In this document: positions 55,501 to 64,000 of the stretch, one piece after another
Layout of the letters: the number at the start of each line of letters is the position of its first letter
How positions within the stretch are numbered: the first letter of the stretch is position 1
NCBI GenBank assembly: GCA_021613535.1
Contig: CP075492.1
Location: 16,368,001 to 16,432,000 of the forward strand
From: Adineta vaga
Lineage: Eukaryota; Animalia; Rotifera
Length of the DNA: 64,000 nucleotides
Direction: 5' to 3'
Notes under the pieces: generated by a model
Database searches by the model: none
What the model saw: the letters and a program-made list of their open reading frames with translations, nothing else
Told to the model about the DNA's origin: nothing
Program-made: the position numbers and the translations under genes

Positions 55501-57680
55501 TTATTTCTTCTAATGTTGCATCTGCTTTGCCAAGACGAATATTATCTTCGATGGAAATAGGAAATAACACTGGCTCTTGATTAACAGTACCAATTTTTGA
55601 ACGAAGCCATGCAAGATTTAATGATTCAATCGGATGATTATCGATAAGAATCTTTATTATTGTGTATGAAAAAAATATAAATGTATTTCTATTCGAATCT
55701 AAATATATAGTTTTTATAATTACCTGTCCCGATTTCGTATTATAGAATCTGAGAATCAATTGAACGATGGTACTTTCTATAATAGGATACAATACAAGAT
55801 AAAAATTGACACGCATATCATTAGTAGGAATATATTACTTCCACATCCTGTATCTCCTACAACAGCAACTGTTTGTCCCGCAGCTATTTTAAAGTTTAAG
55901 TCTTTAAAAATCTAAAAATTAAATATTTATATAAATGTATATATAAGGACAACAATCAAGAGACCAACTTCAATATTTCGAGTTGGAAATTGAAATTGTA
56001 CATGCTTAAATTCAATTGAGCCAACAAACGTATTCAAAGTCTGGCCAGTATTGGACGCTGAATCAATCGTAGATTTCTAAAATTTCATACCAATGACATT
56101 ATATGTGATATTTTTTCAATAGAATTGTATCTATTACAATACCTGTTCAAGTAACTGTATAATAACGTCGGCTGTTCCAGTTGCTTCAGCAATGTATTCA
56201 ATATTTGGAATAAGTGTTGCTACACACATGATTGATGTTAAACTAGCCATAAAAATCTAATATGAAAGAATAAGAGAAAACATTGAATAAGAAAACATTC
56301 TCACCACAATCAAATTTCCAGCAGAATACGCTGAAAATAAAAAAAGATATGTAAGACATGATTGACTTTAATATATGGTTATACCTGTGCATTCCGATCG
56401 TAATAAATATGGACCATACCATGCAGCTAATGCAAAAATAATTCCAACGGTTGTATTGGTTACTGCTTGACAAAGACCAATAATTACACCTTTACGAATT
56501 CCCATCTTGTATACTTTATTTAAACCATTTTCATATCTATAATAAATATTTGAAGAAATCTATATGTATTTCAATGACTTACCTATTTTCTTCATTTTTT
56601 TGACCACCAAAAGCTGTTACCGTACGTATTGCTCCCAGTACTTCATGGACAATTGTATTTGTGTCTGCACAGACTTTTGCTTCTTTAGTAGCAAATTTGA
56701 CAATACTCTAGGTATAAAAGAAACAAAATACTTTCGTATAATATATATATATATAATATAACATACCTTAATAGTGATATTGAATGCAATGATGATAAGA
56801 GGAGCAATACTGATAAAAACAAGCGTTAATTTCCAACCTTTGATTAAAGAAAAGACTAGACAACCAACAGCTTTTGTCACTGATGAAATGAATTCAATCA
56901 TTTTATCTGACATGCCCTCTTTCATTTTATCTAAATCTTCAATAAGTTGATTACTGAAAGAACCTGTACTCTGTTGATCAAACCATCCAATATTTTGATG
57001 TAAAATATGACGAAATAAAAGAAATCTAATATGAAGATATAGGTCATAAATTCGGATATGTATATATAACTATTCTCACCGTATGCGTCGAATTTGACGT
57101 TCAGCTGATGTCAACCAACAAGAAAAACAGAGCCAATAGAAAAAAATATTTAAAAAACCGAGTAACAAATACCACTTGAGAACGGCGACAATTTCTGCAT
57201 GTAGTCGTACATTCATATTTAAAATATGAATACTATATATAGACATGTTCGTTACGTATAAATAAGATCAACTAATACAAAAATCTTACCATCCAGAAGA
57301 CCCTTGCTGAAAAAGGCTACTGTTTGAGAAATTTCCACCATTTTGTGTGCGTATACTGTGGATTTTAGTATAATCTATCATAATATTGGCAATTTTTTGA
57401 TAGACTTGAAGCATTAGCGGAAATATAACTGCTATTACCAAAGCAGCTAGGAAACCAATAAATAAAAGAATAATATCAAATTTATCAGCGAATCTAAACT
57501 GTAATAAACAATATCATATGAAATTTCAGCAATCCATTTTTAATTAGGTTTATACCAATTCATGAACTCTCTGTGATCTTCTTGATGGTGCTTTTGATAT
57601 TGTAAGTTTCTTTCTTTTAAATAACCTACATATATACATATAAATTACATCTACATTCATATTCACTCTTACCCGTTCAT
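52564..57680 (-). CDS. ABCB1: ABCB1/MDR (P-glycoprotein)-type full ABC exporter, intron-rich
   Basis: TMD-NBD-TMD-NBD layout. Motifs include GDTGCG(K), [23 protein letters not shown]...[28 protein letters not shown](Y)[26 protein letters not shown] and IAHRLTTIQ. The gene symbol is a family-level call. Confidence 0.9.
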
Positions 57681-58272
57681 TATACTATATAAACGCATAT
57701 TGTTACTGAAAATATCTCAGTTATATTTTCGTGTGTGTCGTAGAGAGAGAGAAAACAAGATTAAAAAGAACAAGGTGAACGTTTTTTTCTTTCCTTCTGA
57801 TCATATATATATATATACACCTGACGTCACCATTGACCTTCCTTCGTTCTGCTCATGCATATGTATACATATACACATGATGTCATGTATTATATGTTCA
57901 TCCATGACGCCGGGTGTTAATGATCATACTATATTTTTTCCCTGGGATAAATGTTTTATTTTCGACAACTTTTCTTTACTCCTATATATACCTAATGTTT
58001 ATTAACAATACAACTTTATCTGTACAAACACGTATTGATATACTCCGACTTTCTCTCACTGTTCTACTTTACTGATCAAAAAGCAGTATTATTATAAGTA
58101 AGTGCACTAAATAGTTCTATAGACAATATATTTTTGGAGGCACAGAATGCCAAATTTATGAAAATATTTGAACAATTTTTCGGATGTTTAGAACTTCATC
58201 AGATGTATAAATATATAGTAGTAGAATAATTATTTAAAGGGTTCGTTTTTTTCTTTTTAGTATTCAATAACA
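57681..58272. promoter_or_regulatory. Probable bidirectional promoter region between ABCB1-like and NRPS; includes a likely 5'-UTR intron (~58098-58260)
   Basis: Divergent ATGs are 592 bp apart. A GTAAGT donor and a polypyrimidine-TAG acceptor lie just before the NRPS ATG. A TGACGTCA palindrome occurs at ~57822. Confidence 0.5.
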
Positions 58273-61200
58273 ATGAATCCTAAGCTCATGTTAACCAATG
58301 AAAATATCGCCGATGAAGATTTTGCTGAACGTTTCTATCAAGTCGCATGTAATAATCCGACAGCGACTTGTATCATTCTTGATGAAACTTTTGAAGGTCC
58401 ATCAGAATATACTTATGCAAACATATACAAAATGGTTTGTCAAGTTCAACAAGAATTACAGGTTATACTTGTTGAACCGAAAGGACTGATTGCTATTTGT
58501 ATGGAACGAAGTGTTGATACAATTGTAAGTGTATTGGCTTGTCTTCTTCGTCGGTCACCATTCTTACTCATCGAACCATCTACACCGATGGCACGTATCA
58601 ACATTTTACTCAATGATGCAAAACCTCTATTATTAATTACTGATGAACAATTTTCAATAGCTCGTACTGAATTACCTGCTTCCTTGATTATTCGTTTTTA
58701 CAAAGATATACAAAATCAGAAACATGAATTAGATGTTATTAAACCATTCGAAACACATTCATGCAATGATATAATGTATATTATATATACATCAGGTTCA
58801 ACTGGACAACCTAAAGGGGTCACAGTACCTTATAGGGCAATGTATAACCGGTTTCGATGGATGTGGAAAGCTTATCCTTGGAATTCAAATGACGTACAAT
58901 TATGGAAAACATCATCAGTATTCTGTGATTGTATATGGGAAATTCTGGGTGCTCTACTTACTGGTGTACCAACTGTTGTAGCATCTTCGACTACTGTTCG
59001 TGATCCTTGTTTACTATTACAATTAATTAAACGAAAAGCTATTACACGCATTACACTCATTCCAACGATGCTTTCTTCTTTACTCAAACTATTACCTGCA
59101 ATGTCAAAATCTTGTATTCAATCATTGCGTTATGTTATTGTCAGTGGTGAAGCATTACCAAAAGCTGTATGTAAGCAATTTTTAGCATTATCATCAAATG
59201 CAATTCTACTTAATTTGTATGGTTCAACTGAAATTGGTAATGATGCAATATACTATGAAGTACGTCATGTAAATGATGAATATGATACGATTCCTATTGG
59301 AAAACCAATTACTAATATCTATTATAAGATTGTTAATGATGAATTATGGATAGCTGGCGATGGACTTTGTCATAGTTATTTAAATGATGTCGAAAAAACG
59401 GCAGCTAAATTTGTATGTGACGCTGATGGATATCGTTATTTTAAGACAGGTGATTGTGTACGCGAATGTATTCACACAGGTTATTTATTATTTTGCGGTC
59501 GAATTGATAATGCACAAGTCAAAATTCGTGGAGCACGTATTGAATTGGAAGAAGTTGAAGCTATTTGTATGCAACATCCTTTAGTACAAGAATGTGCTTG
59601 TTTTGTTCATGAAAACAAAGCTCAATTAATTGCAATCATATATAGTACATCATCCGAGTTGTTCACAAATGAACTTCGACAATGGCTTTCCAATCAATTA
59701 CCTGAATTTGAAGTACCATCTGTATTGGTTTTCGTATGTATGCCATTGAATCGTACAGCTAGTGGAAAAATTGATCGTAAACATTTGATTATTACATATG
59801 AAGATTGGAAAGAGAAGAATTCGACAATTCCTGCAATAGATATCTTAAATAATCAAGGTACGCAACGAATCATGAATATATGGTGTAAAACATTAGAAAT
59901 TTCAAAAATCAATCGATTAACATTTACAGAACTTGGTGGTCATTCACTTCTTGCTATTCAACTTCAATGTGAAATTCAACTTGAATTTAATATTCATGTA
60001 CCGATCGAACAATTCTTTTGTCATACAACTATTGATAATTTAATTGAATTTATCAACCAATCAACACCAAAACAATCAATTTCTTTGCCAAGTGAAAATT
60101 ACTGTGAAAAAGCTCCATTAACACTTACTCAGAAAAGTATCTGGATTGCCGATGAACTTCAGAATAATTTGACAACTCCAGTTTATACTGTAACCTGTGC
60201 TTTCGAAATTTTATCCAATGATATTTCAAATGAACGAATCAAAGAAGCGATTTCTATTCTAATACAACGACACGACAGTCTACGTACATTTGTTTCACGC
60301 GACCTATCAGGTGAAATGTATCAGATAGTTAAAACATTCGATAGTGAACATTTCACTATATCTAGTAAAAACATATATCAAGAAATTACATTCGAAGATA
60401 TCGATGAAATTGATCAAATCTTAAATCAATTATCGAAACAAAAATTTTATCTCGATCAACCTCAACCACTTTGTCGATTTTATCTTTATTCAAATACAAA
60501 ATGTCGAATACTTGCAATTGTATTTCATCATCTCATTATTGATGGTTGGTCAATTGATATTCTAACACATGATTTAGAAACTATCTTAACTGGACAAAAT
60601 CTTCCACCAATTATAATGCAATTTTGTCAATATGCTACAATCGAACATGAATTATGTGCTTCAGCATATGATAATGATTTAATTTATTGGAAAAAACAAT
60701 TAAGTAATGGAGCTTTAACAGCAACACGTCTTCCTCATGATCATGAACCATTATCCGTCGATAATTCATCAATAGGACGTGTTCAAATCATATTTCCATC
60801 TGATATAACGAATTTAATTTATAATATATGCAAAGAGAAAGATGTAACACCGTTTATGGTTCTATTAACTACATTTAGTTCATTATTGGCCATTATACTC
60901 AAGAAACGGATATGATTATTGGTACTCCTGTTGCAAATCGTACTCGATCAGAAATCGAACATACTATTGGCATGTTTACAAATATATTAGTATTACGAAT
61001 GGACTTATCAACAAATCCTAACTTTAATGATCTATTATCTCAAACAAAAAAGACCGTACTCGAAGCATTTGCTCATCAATCATTGCCATTTGTTAGTTTG
61101 TTAAGTGCACTTGAACATAAACAACGAGATCAATATCAAAATACATTTTTTCAAATTATACTAGCCTATCAGAATGTAGGTAATAAATCCAGAGATATCT

Positions 61201-64000
61201 TACGAAAAATGACAATACATGAACAAACAGCTAAATTTGAACTTGATATTCAAATATGGCCAGAAGCAGATGGTATGTTAATTGAAGCATATTTTCGATT
61301 GGATCTTTTTAATACGAATACAATTGAACGATTTCTTGAACATTGGCTTCAACTTACACGTGCAGCATTATCTAAACCAATCACAATGACGAATGAAATA
61401 TTATCGATTTCATCTCAAGAATCTAATAGAAATTTTATCAATAAAAATCTTTGTCAACTCTTTTTCGAACAAGTTCAACGTACACCAAATGCAATTGCTA
61501 TTGAAGATAAATTGATTCAATTGACATACATAGACGTTTGGCGAAATGCTTTACATTTCAGTCATATTATTCAACAACATTTAAAATCATCATTCAAACA
61601 ATGTATTGCTATTCGTATGAAACGAGGAGCTGATTTAATTCAAGCTATATTAAGTGTACTTCTTAGTGCTAATCATTTCGTATATATTGATCATGCATTA
61701 CCTAGAGCACGACAACATTTTATCATAGAAGATACACATGCTCATCTAATGATTACTGATTCATTAGAATGTCAAGAATCTATAATAACAATACGATATG
61801 AAGTTCAACAAACGACATCAATTCCATGTGCAATGGAACTTATGATTGATCCAACTGATCTTGCCTATATTTTATATACATCAGGTTCAACTGGAACTCC
61901 AAAAGGTGTTTGTATATCACATTATGCTATCGCAGGCCGTATGATTAATGTTAATTATCATTCAATTAAATTACAGACACGTGTTGGACAATTATCAACG
62001 TTTAGTTTTGATATGTCAATATTTGAAATGTTTGGTACTTTATTAAATGGAGGAATATTAGTGATTGTTTCTCCAGAATCAACTTGTTCGATTCGAGCTC
62101 TTATGGAATTACAACTTGATATTATTGGTCCTTCGACCGCTGTTTTTAATATTCTTGTACAACAAGAATCATCAGAAGCACTCTTTGCTTCTTTACAAAA
62201 GATTTACATCGGTGGTGAAAAAGCCAATGTTAAATATTTACGTCGTGCAATGAAGGATCAAACTTTAGGAAAGTTTGTAAATATGTATGGTCCAACGGAA
62301 ACAACGGTATTTGCCTTATTTTATGAATTATCAAACTCAATTCCGATAGATGCATCAACTATTCCTATTGGCCAATCATTAACAAATACATTGATTTATA
62401 TTGTTGATGAATCATTAAATTTAGTACCACATGGTATTCCTGGAGAATTGTTAATTGGAGGAATTGGTTTAAGTAACGGTTATCATAATCGTTCTGATCT
62501 TACAAAACAAAAATTCATCGATAATCCATTTGGCGAAGGTCTTGTTTATTGTACTGGTGATATTTGTCGTATGCTTAATGATGGTAATATTGAATTTCTT
62601 CGACGTCTTGATACTCAAGTAAAACTTCGTTCACAACGTCTTGAATTAGGAGAAATAGAATTTCATCTTCTTCAACATGAATATATCGCCGATGCTGTTG
62701 TTCTCTTACGTGACGATATAGTTGAAGACGAGAAACATCTTGTTGCTTATATTCAACCAATATCTTCAATCGATTCTGAACAAATACGTCACTATCTTAC
62801 AAAGCGTCTTCCAGATTATATGATACCCACGTATATTGTCATCATGTCTCAATTTTCACTTAATCTTGTTGGTAAAATCGATAAAAAATCACTTCCAAAA
62901 CCACAACGACAAATAAATACTTTAGACATAATTCGTCAAATATGTTCTCATGTATTAAAACAAAATGATATTGATATGAATGAGAATTTCTTTAAATTAG
63001 GAGGTCATTCTCTTTCAGCAATGGAAATAATTGCGAAAATTTATGAAAAACTTAACATTCAAATTACTATTCCTAATCTTTTTCAAACACAATCAATCGC
63101 TGAATTAGCTCGATATATAGAAAAACAATTGAAAACTGAAAATACTTCACAAAAATTAGAACATCCAAAAGTAAATAATCCTTCTCGTGCACCATTAACA
63201 GCTACTCAAAAACAATTTTGGTTTTTTTGGAAATTAAAACCAGAAAGTTCATTTTATAATGTACCAATAGCTTTCAAAATCAACGGAAAATTAAATATGG
63301 CAAAATTAAATCGTTCTTTACATTATCTTGTGTCAAAATATGTTTTATTACGAACTGAATTTAAAGAAGAAAATGATGGTACAGTTTGGCAAGAAAAAAA
63401 CCATCAGTGGAATTTACCTTTGATTGAAGAAACAATAGAAGGAACAATGCAAACACCAGAAGTTATTCAACGTTTACAATTTTATTCATTTAAACCATTC
63501 AAATTAACTGAAGGACAAGTTTGTCGATTTGTTGTCTTTCATTTGTCAAATAATCAGCATATTTTCTTGATTTGTTATCATCACATCATATGTGATGGAC
63601 AATCTGCTAGTCAATTTGTAAATGAATTATTCGAATTATATGATTCAAATGATACAATTTTACCAATGATTTCAAATAAAGACACATCATTTTTTAATTA
63701 TGCAATACATATGGCAGAAAATTCATCTTCAAAACATAATTTAGATCAAGTTATTAATTATTTACGAGATTTTCAATCATTAACGTTCAATCCACATTTT
63801 ATTAATGAACAAAAACAAGATATCGACTATAAATCACATATATCAACATTTGTTATTCCGACTAATATTGCTGAAAAATTAAGAAAATTAGCAATAAATC
63901 ATTCATGTACTTTGCATACTATTTTATTGGCACTATTTAATTGTATATTAAGTGTATATTGTTCGGATACATCGGATATTATACTTGGTTCAATTATATC
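58273..64000 (+). CDS. Multimodular non-ribosomal peptide synthetase, A-T-C-A-T-C..., runs off the window; single frameshift near 60888
   Basis: A1: YTSGSTGQPKG, YGSTE, FKTGD, QVKIRGARIELEEVE, SGKIDR. T1: FTELGGHSLL. C1: HHLIIDGWS. After the shift: HYTQETDMIIGTPVANR; A2 YTSGSTGTPKG, YGPTE; T2 FFKLGGHSLS; C2 HHIICDGQS. No coding introns seen. Confidence 0.95.

Overview
AT-rich eukaryotic genomic DNA with short (~50-60 nt) GT-AG introns, most likely from a bdelloid rotifer. This is inferred from the NHL-repeat and F-box/LRR families, a bacterial-type NRPS and M28 peptidase, and TGTGGG/TGAGGG telomere-type motifs. The left half is a nested mobile-element structure readable directly from the sequence. 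A 5'-truncated Penelope-like retroelement (3024-28351) has a 13-bp TSD TATAAAGACTTTT, an inverted pLTR and a variant hammerhead ribozyme. It is split in mid-ORF by a 23.7-kb DNA transposon (4227-27957) with a perfect 8-bp TSD (AATTTTAT), short imperfect TIRs and inverted subterminal tandem arrays. The large element carries an apparently intact multi-exon KDZ (CxC5/CxC6-type) transposase, an apparently intact ~10-exon DUF3987-like P-loop ATPase/helicase gene, and two paralogous BEN-like genes, one of them decayed. The right half is a gene-dense region of secreted/defence-type genes and pseudogenes: PAN-SRCR, M28 aminopeptidase, jacalin, EGF, SAM methyltransferase, TPR, NHL, a GPCR remnant and F-box/LRR. 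It ends in an ABCB1-type exporter arranged head-to-head with a multimodular NRPS whose first A domain has a beta-alanine-type signature. A Sen1/senataxin-like gene runs off the left edge. All calls come from manual reading and translation; no database searches were run.
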